In this document: in pieces, positions 10,449 to 22,961 of the stretch | How the letters are laid out: each line of letters begins with the position of its first letter | Numbering within the stretch: position 1 is the stretch's first letter | Assembly (NCBI GenBank): GCA_963693365.1 | Contig: CAVNZM010000001.1 | Location: 823,245 to 887,244, forward strand | Reading direction: 5' to 3' | Source of the DNA: Amoebidium appalachense | Taxonomy: Eukaryota > Protista > Ichthyosporea | Length of the DNA: 64,000 bases | Notes under the pieces: generated by a model | What the model was told of the DNA's origin: nothing | Seen by the model: only the letters and a program-made list of their open reading frames with translations | The model's database searches: none | Made by a program: the position numbers and the translations under genes

Positions 10449-12270
10449 TCCATGGCGATGGAGTCGAATTCGATACCGATGAAGATGACACGGGTAGCCG
10501 GGCCCTGCATCTTGTCTTCGGAGATGGCAATGTGCAGCTCTCGGCAGAGTTGCAGGAAGGTGGATAGGTGACGTTGGCACTGCTGGTGTGTGGGGGCGAC
10601 TATAATCCAGTCGTCTACGTAGTGGCGGATGAGGGTAATACCGTGCTGGTGTGCCAGCCACTGTAGGGTGGCCGCGATCCGTTCCCAGATGGCTGGGCTA
10701 GATTTCAGGCCGAAGGGCAGTCTGGTTTCAACGTAAAAATGCCCCAGCCATTTGAATGCCATTAAGTGATGGTCTTCTGGTCGGATGGGCATGTGCCGGG
10801 AGGCAGCCTGCACATCTGCCACGGCCATGTAGCAGCCGGGGCCTGCGTCGAGAATGAGCTGGGTGACGTCCCGGGCGCGAATGTACTGAAGTTCGTCGGG
10901 GTAGGTGATGCTGTCATTGACACTGCTACCCCGGGGCCAGGAGAGGTGGTGGATTCGACGGTACTTGGGGGGGTTCCCTTTCTTGGTAACGGCGCCGATG
11001 GGGGAGGAACGGTGGACCGGAAATTCGTCAAAGAATTGGGCCGGGGAGAGGGGGCCGCGCAGGTGGCCGAGGGCGACTTCTTTGGCAATATCCGCCGTGA
11101 TAGCGGAAGCTGCCTCCGGGGTGGTGGGTAGGTTGGGGCCCACCCGAGAGGTGGAGGGGCCGCGATAGCTGTTAAATTGTATAAGTATTTTGGGATGAAA
11201 GCAGAGACACAGTGGTGCAGTGTGAAAACACCACAGACACACAACAACAAAACACGGAAGGATCGGAGAAGTGTACACAACAGACATCAATGTTTAGACA
11301 CGACTGAACTCAATTTATTTTGATCGCTAATAAATACCTGAAATTCCCTTAAGTTAAATCCATACATGATTTCCGACCAGTCGGAAATCAGATCTATGTC
11401 TAAAATAACCAATCACAATTAACTGATTATTTCCCGGATAGATCCGGAGACACAGGAACGCACACCATAGGTCACAGCTATAAGAAAGAAAAGAGGTGAA
11501 GAGTAACGAGGAAAGAGGTGTCAGTTTCTAACCTATCATCGGCTACAAAGACTCAGACATTTTCTGACTAAGTCCACTGATTGGATATAGTACGGCAACA
11601 CACAAAACAAAAGTGTTTGACTAAGCTATGAATCATACCTGACAAGCTAAAGTGTAGCCTAAGTGTTTTTCTACCAATCAAAACATAACGAGTAATATAA
11701 ATCTACTCAACGTATATTAGTGAGAGAGAAATATAATTATGTGAAAGGAAACAAGAGAAGAAAGAAAGAGAAAAGAAAGAAGAAGAAAGAGGAAAAAAGA
11801 AAAGAAAGCAGGACAGAAAACACGAACAGCAAAACACAGTTATAACCGAAGATATTCATGTACACATAACATGTACACGTTTCTCCCTCACTGGGTAGAC
11901 TCGTGTACCTATAATCAGTTGCTGTAATCGATATCTAAACACACGAATATAGCCGACACAACACGATTACAAGTACTCAAATACACTGGAGATCGATGTC
12001 ATAATTTACGTACAAGGAGCACATCTTTTTCATTAAGTAAATGAATGAAAACATAACACGAACTGAGAAGATCTTACAATATGTAAATACTACGTATTAT
12101 AACAATAGCCGATGTCGACACCGAATTCGACATCGTGGAGGAGTTGTGCGGCGAATGATTGGTCTGGGTAGGAGGCCAGCAGTTCCCGGAGGCGGGAGGT
12201 GTCAATGTGGTGCTGGGGCAGCGGGCGGGCCTCCGGGTCTGAGCCTCGGGGGAAGGGGTGGTTAGCAAGG
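10449..12270 (-). pseudogene. Ngaro reverse transcriptase, split by the solo LTR at 11170-12104
   Basis: LLASYPDQSFAAQLLHDVEFGVDIGY|RGP...SSPIGAVTKKGNPPKYRRIHHLSWP...LPFGLKSSP...YVDD. Confidence 0.88.
11170..12104 (-). mobile_element. Copia B solo LTR (subtype B1)
   Basis: Near-identical reverse complement of 6403-7336; TSD ATAGC at 11165-11169 and 12105-12109. Confidence 0.92.
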
Positions 12271-12299
12271 GTGGGGCACCCTCGGGGAGATCCCGGCAG

Positions 12300-12337
<38 letters not shown>

Positions 12338-12734
12338 CTGGGCCCCGGGGGGGTTAGAGTAGGGCAGCTGGGCCCGAGTGAGGGTTGGCAGGGAGGGCAG
12401 CGGGGCCCTGTGCAGGGAATGTGCCCGAGCACGCGGGGGTGTGGGCGGACACAGAGGTAGAAGAAGGGGGGGGAGGGAGTGCTAGGTGAGTGTAAGGGGG
12501 GGGGGAGGCTCGTGGGATGGGGGGGGGGGGGGGGAGTAAAATTATGTGCAGTGGCCAGAATAAACGTCTTTGTGTAGGGACATTTATTCTTGACGCGCGC
12601 GGGCGCCGTAGTTGGCCTGCGAAATTTTGTACTCAGCCCTATTGGCCCGTTCTCCCGAGCTCCGTTTCCCTGTACTCGTGTGTCCTAGCTCCTAACCCCT
12701 ATGTTCTAGCTGTGTGTGTGGGTGTGCGCGTAGA

Positions 12735-13906
12735 CTAGGCATTGTGCTTGCAGTCTTTGCGGGGGTGTGTGCCAGAGCAGAGCGGGCACACGTGGGAGAA
12801 GGGGCAGGGCTGCTTAGCGCAGGACCGACCGTTAATTTGGAAATTCCTGCAGTGCGTCGCGGGTAGATCCACGGGTCGGGCCGGTTTTGCCGGGCCGGGT
12901 TGCGGGCCAGGGCGGTTAGGGGTTTGACCCCCGCCGGGCTTGTGGGGCGGTTTAAAGCCGTCAAGACCACAGCCGGGCTTGGGGTACATGGGGCAGGCCG
13001 CGCTGGGGTGGTCGGGGGAAGCCACAGCGCTGACATGCGTCTGGGATGAGCAGAGTGGGTGGCAGGAGGAGATCCTGGTGGAGTTGGGCGAGCAGGTTGG
13101 GACATTCGATCGGAGCCCGACCCTGCTGGTGGGCAACGGTTCCGGGCGTATACGTCATAGTTGTGGATCTGGGCCCACGGGTATCGGGTGCTGAGGCGAG
13201 TGACGTGCTGAGTCCAAAGTACGTCTTTGTCCGTGGGGAGGCCGAGGTGGTGCTTGGCGGCCATGTAATGGGTCCAAGCTTGGATCCAAATGACGAGTGA
13301 ACGCAGGGGAACGGGTTTGTCTTGGCGAAAAGTCTCGATGCTGCCGTCGTCGGCCATGCGCAGATGCTGACCTTTCTTGGATGGGGCCAGGAGGGCGGCG
13401 GGGGTGAACTTATACAGGTCGACGAAACGATTGGCGCGCAAATCTGCCAGCACATCCGCGGGGGGAAGCGGGAGTGTGCCCGGCTGAATGTCGCCAGTGT
13501 TCTCACCTGTGATGGGGGGCGCGGGCAGGGCAGGTAGGTCTAGGTCAGGGCCGAGATGCAGCCCCGGGGAAATCTCCCCGGGTGCGGAGGGCGCGGCGGG
13601 GGGCGCGGGAGGGTCGCGGTTGGTGAGAGCAGCCAGGACGCCAGCCATCTGGGTGCTGATGGCGGTGAGGGCGGCAAGGACGGCGTCTTGAGAAGTCATC
13701 TGCGGGGACGGCGGGGCCTGAGGGGGGACTTCAGGAGGGGAGGGGAGACTAGCCGGCGGGTCCGGGTCCGTGGTGGTATGGGCCGCTGGAGGCGCGTCAG
13801 TGTCCGCGGGAGCGTTGGTCAGCCTGTGGCGGAGGTCGCTGCGGGTCAGGCGCTTGGGTGCCGCGGCAGGGGCGGTGGCTGAGGCCTGGCGCTTTTTCGG
13901 CGGCAT
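12735..13906 (-). pseudogene. Ngaro gag-like ORF1 with zinc fingers (two frameshifts)
   Basis: Starts MPPKKRQ; WIQAWTHY..YDVYAR; CQRCG/SPDHPSAAC knuckle spanning frames; C-terminal CRNFQ..C..PC.FSHVCPLCSGTHPRKDC. Confidence 0.8.
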
Positions 13907-14329
13907 GCTGACCGGCGTACGGAAAGATAGGGAGAGTGAAAAAGAAAATATAGCTGTAAAGCTGTAGGTGCTAAACACAGAAGATGTGTTGTTGCTTGCT
14001 GATCTGCTAAAAACTGTCGTGCTTTTATACCTAAGGCTACCGAACTGAGCCAATCAAAACCGATCTAGTGTTATGTGAAATCTTATCCTGAGCCAATCAA
14101 ACTCGGTCTAGTGATCTGTGGAATCTGATGTTTTGATCGGCTAATGGGTGCCCGTATGCGGGCAGCCGAACGCGAACTGCTAAGACATGAAACGAAGTCT
14201 GTTGATATCGGACACCCATCCTACGTGTTTACCCAGAAAAATATTTATGTCAATAATTTCCACAAAAAAACCTGATTGGCTTGAGAAACACATCACTATA
14301 AAATTATAGCGCACGCGCACACACACACA

Positions 14330-14398
<69 letters not shown>

Positions 14399-14434
14399 CC
14401 AGCTGATACCGAGTGTCCCAGGGGAGCCCCTTTG

Positions 14435-14468
<34 letters not shown>

Positions 14469-15399
14469 GGGGAACCCCAACTAATTGATTTCTCCTTGTA
14501 GTCTTTATGGTGTCTCGTAGAGAAAGTAAACCCTGATATATAGTCATCACCCGACATGAATGTACGTGATCATGATATACCGCTGAGGGGATATTCCGAG
14601 CAAAACCCCCCCCCATACCTGAGACTGGTTTCTCTTTGCCTCGAGTGAACAGCGTAAACCCCCAGAACATGATAGAAAAACTCCAAACAGAAAATACCCA
14701 ACTCAAGCTCACCATTGATTCACTCACAGCCCAGCTAAACATTAGTGGATCGCAAAACCCCAAAACTCACGAGCAAACATCTCGCGATGGAGACATTTCC
14801 ATCCCAACACAAAACAACACAGGACCGGAAGCACAGCTCCCGACGTGTGCGTGCACGCGCAAGCAGGTGCATACGCTTGCTCACGCACACAAACCCACAC
14901 ACGCTCTCTCTCAGACTGGCTTGTCACGGGGAGACACACACACGATGATTTTTTTTTTTTTTTTTTTTTAATCTTGTATGTACTGATGTAGGGAACCAAG
15001 AAAACTCAGGCTGCTAATATCTGCCAGATGCTTTTGTTTATTCAAGTTGTGCAACCCGGGAGGTCAAAGCCTTGCCCCCTCCTCCCCCCTCCCCCCCCCC
15101 CCCCCCCCCCCCCACCTCCTCTGTTATCTTAATTTTCCTCCAGCCTCGGTAGAGACTCTAGAATCTTAATTTATTTTAAAAAATCTAGACGCTAGAACCT
15201 TATGGTGAATTATCATAATTGTGAACCACCCCTGTACATCGAGAGCGAAAAGGTACATGGATTATGCATTATAGCTATAATTTTTTTGCGTGATAATTAT
15301 GTAAATAGTGTTTTCTTCAAACCTTCCGTACAGAAAAAACAAAACTCCACAGGTTCAGCGTCAGCGACCGAAAAACCAACTGCACCATGGTACGTTTTA

Positions 15400-15565
15400 G
15401 TACTAGGGGCACGAGGTAGAGAGACACACACAGAGAGGAATGCACGGCAGGAGGCGAGAGAGAGAGAGCGATACGGTAAAAACGAGGAGAGAACACAACC
15501 AAATAAACAGAATCAAGTTAAAACTTCAAAGCTCTTGCTAGCACTTGTACTTACGTACTCCAACA
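15400..15565 (-). mobile_element. LTR 5'-end fragment related to 1-640
   Basis: Minus strand starts TGTTGGAGTACG; shares terminal motifs with 580-640. Confidence 0.4.
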
Positions 15566-15622
15566 AATATCGATGTCCGCCCTGGTCTTACCTCCCTCTC
15601 CTCCCTTAAGGGTGGGAGTCAG

Positions 15623-15731
15623 TGTCATCTTCCCATGATTAACGGCAAGACTTAGAAGTTAAGTTTTCATTTGTTTATTAGTTTGTTGTAGTTTGTTTCC
15701 TTTTCCCTTTTCCTTTCTTCCTTTCTTTCTT
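15623..15731 (+). mobile_element. Copia A LTR 5' part, interrupted by a Copia B LTR
   Basis: tgtcatcttcccatgatt...gcaagacttagaagtt, as at 16414 and 24226. Confidence 0.8.
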
Positions 15732-16413
15732 TGTAAAATTATATAAGTATTTGGGACGTAAGCAGAGACACAGTGGTGCAGTGTGAAAACACCACAAACA
15801 CACAACAACAAAACACGGAACGATCGGAGCAGTGTACACAACATACATCAATGTTGAGACACGACTGAACTCAATTTATTTTGATCTCGAATAAATACCT
15901 GAATTTCCCTTAAGTCAGATCTGTCTCTAATAGAAACCAATCACTAAGAACCAATTGCTTTCAGAGAGATCTGGTACGCGGATACGTATACGATAGGGTC
16001 AGACACTAGTTAAGATCAACTCGTGTCATTATCAAGGAAGTTCTAACCTATGATACACTGCAAAGACTCAGACATACAACACTTAACCTTGATGATTGGT
16101 TAAAGCTCGGCAACACATGAAAACTAAAGTAAATTAATGAAGTCTGATCACACATGTCAACCTAAGTGTAGCCTAAGTGTGTTACCGTCCAATCAACACA
16201 TATTAAGTAACACAAATCTACCTAACATATAGTAGTAGAAAAGAAATACGATTAAACACATGAAGACAAGGAGAGAAAGAAAAGAAAATAAGGAAGGAGA
16301 AAGAGAAAGGAGAAGAGAGCACAGATCAACAAACAAGATAGTAATAGTATAATTATAACTAGAGATATTTATGTATACACGAACATGTACACGTCTCTCC
16401 CTGAGTGGGTGGA
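15732..16413 (-). mobile_element. Copia B (subtype B2) LTR, interrupted by Copia A copy A2
   Basis: Matches 34805-35525; breaks at gagtgggtgga| where the A LTR begins. Confidence 0.85.
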
Positions 16414-18017
16414 TGTCATCTTCCCATGATTATCGGCAAGACTTAGAAGTTGAGTTTCATATATGTTTATTAGTTGTTGTAGTTTGTTTCCTCTTCCTTT
16501 CTTCCTTTCTTTCTTTCCTTTCTGTTTCCGTGTGCACCGATATCTTAGATCTGTGTACACATTGAGATATTTAGCCCGCGCACACGTATTGTCATTTGTG
16601 TCAATATCTAAATATGTCGTCCAATCAGATCTCGTTGTATTTTTCCAAATATAGTAACTTATATTCCTCATTAATTCCTTTCGCCATTCCTTTCCCTTCT
16701 TTTCTCACGACGTAGCATTGCTCTATGTTCCCCAACTATTAGGAATACTTATATTTAGACGTGTTATGTTGAGAACATGTATAAATGTATGATGTGAACT
16801 AATAGTTACATAAGTGGTTTCATTTTGTTAAACGTTTCCGTGCTTTTATTAGAAGATTACTTTCATTAGAGGATTGCGTTGTATCTTCTATGTGTCGACC
16901 GACATTTCGATCGATATATTTCACACTCATAGTTTTCGTCTTTCTGATTGGAAAATAGAATTTTCGTTCTTTTGATTGGTTTATCGATTTCACATTCCTG
17001 GGTATAAAAGGAACTTCATCTTGAAATAAATATCAAGCAGTCGTATTCTTTTCCTATGGTTCCAGAAATCGTTCCACCTCTCCGGTTGTGTTTCTCCTGT
17101 GTGTCTCTGTGTTGTGTATAACATAACACCCATCTGTGCTCTCTGCTTCTCCGTTTACCCACACAAAACAACAGGTTTACGGCCCCTTTGCACGCTAACA
17201 CACAATCTCGTTACAACCGCGAAATTCCTCCGTCTTACTGCTTCAACCATGACTGACAAACCGTCGTACATCAACCTTCCACAATGGAATCCGTCCGAAA
17301 AGAGAGATGAAAAACGTCTCAACTATTTCGAGTGGGAGCCACTCATCCACCGGTTCATAAGAACAACCATTGCCGAGAAATTCGTTGATGCCATTAAGAG
17401 GCCACAGTGGGTTGACGGCACTGAAGCCAACCAGTGGCTGGGCTACGGCACCAAGGACTCCTACAAGAAAGCTTCCGACGTCCTCGACCAGATCCTCAAC
17501 CAGTTCGTCCATCCGACCGAGCTCTACTACTTAGGCCGGATGCAAGACGGTTTTCACGGTGGAGAAGTCTTCCACAACCTGCGTATGGCGTATGTGGCAG
17601 AGAAGGAGGCCCGAGTCACCCAGATTCAAGTCACCTACGAGGAGCTTGAACTACGAGACTACCCCAACGTCACAGCATACCTCACCCGCCTCCAACGTCT
17701 GGCTACGACACTTGCCTGCCTCGACGAGCCCGTTCAGCACAAGGATGTCGTACGCAAGTTCTTCAAGTTCACCTCCGCAAGAACACCGCCCTGGTGTGCA
17801 CCGACATTGAACGTCTCTGCTCCGACTACTGGATGAACAACAAGGCCTAACCGTCCTTCAACCAGCTCATCAGTGACATCCGAGGAGCTGAAATCGGTGC
17901 CGGCCTCATCGACGCAGGCACTGGTGCAACGGTCAACAACCGTCCTCTTCGTACACTTCAGAGCAGAGTGCTCCCCCCCGGTGACCTCCGTAACCGTATC
18001 CCTCGACGTGAGCATAC
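16414..18017 (+). mobile_element. Copia A copy A2: 5' LTR 16414-17173 and degenerate gag from 17249, interrupted by Copia B
   Basis: 760-bp TGT..ACA LTR; PBS-like ggtttacggccc; gag MTDKPSY with a frameshift and stop. Confidence 0.87.
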
Positions 18018-18858
18018 TGTAAAATTATATAAGTATTTGGGATGTAAGCAGAGACACGGTGGTGCAGTGTGAAAACACCACAGACACACAACAACAAAAC
18101 ACGGAACGATCGGAGCAGTGTACACAACAGACATCAATGTTTAGACACGACTGAACTCAATTTATTTTGATCTTCGAATAAATACCTGAAAAAATTCCCT
18201 TAAGTCTAATCCATACATGATTTCCGACCAGTCGGAAATCAGATCTGTCTCTAATAGAAACCAATCATTAAGAACCAATTGCTTTCAGAGAGATCTGGTA
18301 CGCGGAGACGTACACGATAGGGTACAGACACTAGTTGAGATCAACTCGTGTCATTATCAAGGAAGTTCTAACCTATGACACACTGCAAAGACTCAGACAT
18401 ATCACACTTAACCTTGATGATTGGTTAAAGCCCGGCAACACATGAAAACTAAAGTAAATTAATGAAGTCTAATCACACATGTCAATCTAAGTGTAGCCTA
18501 AGTGTGTTACCGTCCAATCAACACATATTAAGTAACACAAATCTACCTAACATATATTAGTAGAAAAGAACTCAAATACGATTATACACATGAAGACAAG
18601 GAGAGAAAGAAAAGAAAATAAGGAAGGAGAAAGAGAAAGGAAAAGAGAGCACAGATCAACAAACAAGATAGTAATAGTATAACTATAACCAGAGATATTT
18701 ATGTACACACGAACATGTACACGTCTCTCCCTGAGTGGGTGGATCCGTGTACACACATATAAATATTCTAATTGATATTACAATACACGGTTGAAGCCGA
18801 TACAACACGATTACAAGTATACAAGCATATCGGAGATCGATGCTACACTTTACATAAT

Positions 18859-21800
18859 TGTAAACAGTTGGACTAGTTAGGATAAGGCAGAGTACAACTG
18901 AATCAAAATAAAGACAGAGAACGGGTAGAAAGGCACACGCGGCCAGGTTGCTTTTACTATGGGCCGACTCAGTCTGTCTCAGACTTCACTGATGTGATCC
19001 CCGTACTGGGACGGCTTTCTTATATAGCCCCCAGGTTTCGGATCAAGGCCCAGGATTGGTTCATCCGCGGCCAGCGCGGGTGGCAACATGCCATTCGTGA
19101 TTCTGGTGCGGTCCGAGCCAGTCAGACCTTCGTCCTATTTATGCAAACCTCTTATTGGTTCACTTCGTTTATGTGGTATGCAGCGGAAGAACCATATATG
19201 GTTCAATTCTTAGGTCAGAGTGAGTCCTATTGGTGCGGACATAATATTTATGTGATATTCATGACAAAGCACGAATCGTGTGCTAGTAGATCACATTCTT
19301 TAGTAAACATGTACAGTTCATGTGTACAGTTGTTTACACTCCCCCCCTTGTCGGGAGCCTGGTGGTGTCGTTAGACAAGCAAACCACCAGGCTGAGAGGC
19401 GATAAACAACCTTCAGCGAGAATTCTTGTGTGTGCCGAGCTGCTGGACAGAACAGAGCAAGGACGGTGGAATAGAGTTGTGCACGTCTATGAGCACTTCT
19501 TCATTTGCCAAAACGTAAATTCATGCAGCATTCTTCTGTGATTTCATTTTCGTGGCGAAGATTGTTGCAGAGTGTGCGTGCGAATAATTCGCTAAGCCTT
19601 CGTCTCTGTGCTTGGCTTTTCTGTAGAAGTAGTATTTTCCTTTTTGGGAATTTTTCCTTTTTAGGATACTCCCGCAGATTCGTTTTCAATTGCGAGTAAT
19701 TTGGTTGTGTGGATGAATGATCATACCAAACATTCGATAATGAATATAACTCGAGCCTTAGGTCACTTCGTAGCTCAGGTAGTGGTGGATAGCTTCAAGG
19801 CTTAGCCGCTGCTCCTTATCCCGGTTCTACCTTAAGACTGTAAGGCGAGTCACCATGGCCGGAAAAGCCACTTCTTTCATGAACAAAGAGCACTTCTTTC
19901 CTTTCAGCTTTAACCCTGCATCATCGGAGCTGGGAAAAACAGAATAAAAATGCCCAAGTGTTCTTCGTTGGGCGACATAAAGAAATATATCACCCGTCAG
20001 AACCAGTAAAAGCCCGGTTCATAATTCATAAGAAGAGGGTAGGCAAAGCAAGCCTCCTTCAGAAAACACATGCTTCCATTCGTGAGCAGTTTTCGTATCC
20101 CATTTGCCAGCCATTTTCGTTGAGCAGGGGGATTCCAGGCATAATACATTCTTCTGGAGGCTTGGCCTAAAAAGAAAAGTCGTCGCAGTCGCCCTTTCTT
20201 TTGTAAGCAACTTCGTGAGCGCGCTTCGTGTTTTCATATCCTCCAGTGCAGGTCTGGATGGTGCCCCATCCTCTGCTTCATTTGTAGGTGGCCCTACTGT
20301 AGGTTCTGTTCGTTGTGTGGAATACCAAAACCATTCGTATTCGTGGAACTGCTTTGTGCTGTGCTTTCTTTCGTGTTGGTGTTCATGAAGTTACCCCGTT
20401 CACACACCCTACTTCTTACATACATTAGATGTAAGTAGCTGCCTGGTGAGTGTGTGGTTCGTGTTCGTGGCATTCTTCTGTTCCTTCGTGAGAAGAATAT
20501 TCGTTTTAGCAGAGGTGCCCAATAAGGCAGCTTGTGGGGTTGTCTCCCGCATGTGCCCATTGGTGGGGTATGCACGTGCTAAATTGTTACAGTGTCATCA
20601 TATTGCAAGGGAATAACATGGTCACCTCCGTACCAGGGCCTAGTAGGTACACATGATGGTCCGATGTGTTAGTCAACAACACCTTGCATTCGTATTCGTA
20701 TTTGTCTTCCACGTCACTTTCTTCAGTAGTGAAGGAGGGTATTCGTAATTCGAAACTGAAAGGCTTCCAGCCAAAATACTGACACTGTATGATGGGGTTG
20801 TGAGGGAGCGGTGCCCATACCACATTCTTTTGTTCTGGTGGGGGGTGCCGGCAGCTAGTGCAAGGCTTGACAGTGTAATTGGTATGTTACACCGTATTGC
20901 CACAGACGGGCATTCACCTTAAAATTCGTACCCAACACCTTCTTTGTTTTTCACATGCATGAACAAAAGTTCTGCATCGACTTTATTACATGCCTTTTGT
21001 GCACCAAGAGTGCAAATTCGTTAGGGCGTGGCACCAGGAAGGGCCGCCATACATGAGTCAGGCATATGTTCGTAATGTGTTTAGGCATGCCAGCATACAT
21101 TCATGCGCATGTTGTGCATCCTGGGCGCTAAACTATGGGGCATGCTGTATTCGAGAACAGCAAGGGATTCGAAGCATGCATGCAACACTACTTTCATAAG
21201 ATCTTAGGTCCTACATGCTATAGCAACAGCGACTATCTTCTTCGTTAAGTGCATTTGTGCTGAAAGTGGCCGTGCATCTGGCTTGCGAGTGTGGACGTGC
21301 ATGCGGTGGCATGGACACGATGGCAGTGTGCAATAGGGCAATGCACGCAAGGGCAACGGTTTTATTTTCTTCCTAACATAGAGGGGGCTGTGTGCATTGC
21401 AACCCAAGCAGTGTTGTGCATTCGTTCTTTCATTTTCGTATTTCCATTTCATTTTGCTTTCGTTTTTCGTTTTTTGTCGTTTGATAAATTCGTTACTTCG
21501 TTTTGTTTTCGTGTTGCATTCATTTCGTATTTCCTCTATGCATTCGTTTGTCGTTCATTCTTTATTTCATTGTGTATTCGTGATGGTTCGTTTTTCGTTG
21601 GTTCATTGCTTCGTTAGCAATTCTTTATTCGTTTGTTCGTGTATTCGTTGTTTCGTTGTGTATTCGTTTTTCTTCACATTTTTGATGTGTCGTAGCAAAA
21701 GAAGTTTTACATGCTTTCAATTCTTTCCGTGTAGGTGGGCTGGCCACTTCAAACTTGTAGGTGTATATATTCTAAGCCGGACAAGGAAAGATGTGCCTAT

Positions 21801-22410
21801 CATCGGGGTAAAAAGGATTGTGATCGGCCATGGGAGATTCTTGAGCTGATTGAAAGATGTGAGATTCTTGAACTGATTGAAAGATGTGAGATTCGAAGGA
21901 TGCGAGATTCTTGAACTGCGCGGTCGCCAATGTAAACAGTTGGACTAGTTAGGATAAGGCAGAGTACAACTGAATCAAAATAAAGACAGAGAACGGGTAG
22001 AAAGGCACACGCGGCCAGGTTGCTTTTACTATGGGCCGACTCAGTCTGTCTCAGACTTCACTGATGTGATCCCCGTACTGGGACGGCTTTCTTATATAGC
22101 CCCCAGGTTTCGGATCAAGGCCCAGGATTGGTTCATCCGCGGCCAGCGCGGGTGGCAACATGCCATTCGTGATTCTGGTGCGGTCCGAGCCAGTCAGACC
22201 TTCGTCCTATTTATGCAAACCTCTTATTGGTTCACTTCGTTTATGTGGTATGCAGCGGAAGAACCATATATGGTTCAATTCTTAGGTCAGAGTGAGTCCT
22301 ATTGGTGCGGACATAATATTTATGTGATATTCATGACAAAGCACGAATCGTGTGCTAGTAGATCACATTCTTTAGTAAACATGTACAGTTCATGTGTACA
22401 GTTGTTTACA
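18859..22410 (-). mobile_element. Non-autonomous Ty3/Gypsy-derived LTR element
   Basis: Two apparently identical 480-bp LTRs (18859-19338 and 21931-22410); TSD ATAAT; PBS TGGCGACC and PPT AAGGGGGGGAG on minus; decayed RT motif GLKLKGKKCSLFMKEVAF at about 19860-19916; no intact ORF. Confidence 0.85.
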
Positions 22411-22961
22411 ATAATAGGAGTGTGGCATTTATACTAAGCATATGAACTGAAACATAACACAAACTGAGAAGATCTTACAATATGTAAATACTACGTATTA
22501 TAACATCCCCACATAAGACTTTGAAGTTTGTGTTATCATATCCCCACTGAACTAGTGAAATCTCCCCACTTGAGAACAGAAACGGAAAAAAAAAATTTAA
22601 AGTGTGTACTTTTCCCGGGGGGGGGGGGGGGGGGGGGGGAGGGGGGGGAAAAAAGAAGGGGGGGGGGGGGGGGGGGGGGGGGGGAAGGGGGGGGGGGGGG
22701 GGGGGTGAAAGGGGCAAAAACAACGAATATGTATAACGTTTATAGTCGGGGTGTGACTAACTGGGTTTGAAACCAGTGAAAGATAGAGTAGAATCGCGGT
22801 ACAGGTCAAACCATATATAACATACCCACAAAGGCAATATACATATGAAATAATGATGGTGGTAAATTAAGTAGTAATCATTCCAGCCGGGAGGCAGTGT
22901 TGATGCATCTGCTGTCCAGGGCCCCAGCCGTAGTAGAAAACCACACGTGAAGTAAGACGGT

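Larger units (their letters stand above)
3868..14273 (-). mobile_element. Tyrosine-recombinase retrotransposon of Ngaro/PAT architecture (A1-gag-RT/RH-YR-B1-A2-B2)
   Basis: Split direct repeats A1 13936-14273, A2 4085-4429, B1 4430-4517 and B2 3868-3955. gag, RT (YVDD), RNase H and YR ORFs are all on the minus strand. No conventional TSD versus the empty site at about 60125-60137. Confidence 0.92.
2929..14663 (+). mobile_element. 5'-truncated non-LTR (LINE-like) retrotransposon, interrupted by the Ngaro element
   Basis: RT C-terminal motif RLTFIRTFVFPACEYGLPLL; Cys/His motif CPNNTHTHQFNRSCIAKC; 6-bp TSD AGAACA at 2923-2928 and 14664-14669; uninterrupted second copy at 59445-60512. Confidence 0.75.
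2844..14845 (+). pseudogene. Coiled-coil ORF (LINE ORF1-like start) split by a LINE insertion: 2844-2928 joined to 14670-~14845
   Basis: Removing 2929-14669 (one AGAACA copy) gives in-frame MPKLSVDTVLAELALVKKQLDELLPLKNMIEKLQTENTQLKLTIDSLTAQLN, with a heptad pattern. ORF1 identity is inference. Confidence 0.55.

Noticed and set aside
10322-11290. 322-aa ORF as an intact gene (likewise the N-termini of 7226, 17099, 23476 and 24907)
   Set aside because: Chimeric read-through across LTR or insertion junctions.
6403-12104. Single element with long inverted terminal repeats
   Set aside because: Each LTR has its own TSD and Ngaro RT lies between them, so these are two insertions.
14520-14610. Hammerhead ribozyme in the LINE 3' UTR or the Ngaro B repeat
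   Set aside because: CTGA and GAAA fragments occur, but I could not build the CUGAnGA/GAAA core with three stems.
18994-19374. Duplicated 126/123-aa ORF (also 22066-22437)
   Set aside because: It lies within the two LTRs, antisense to the element, with no recognisable domain.
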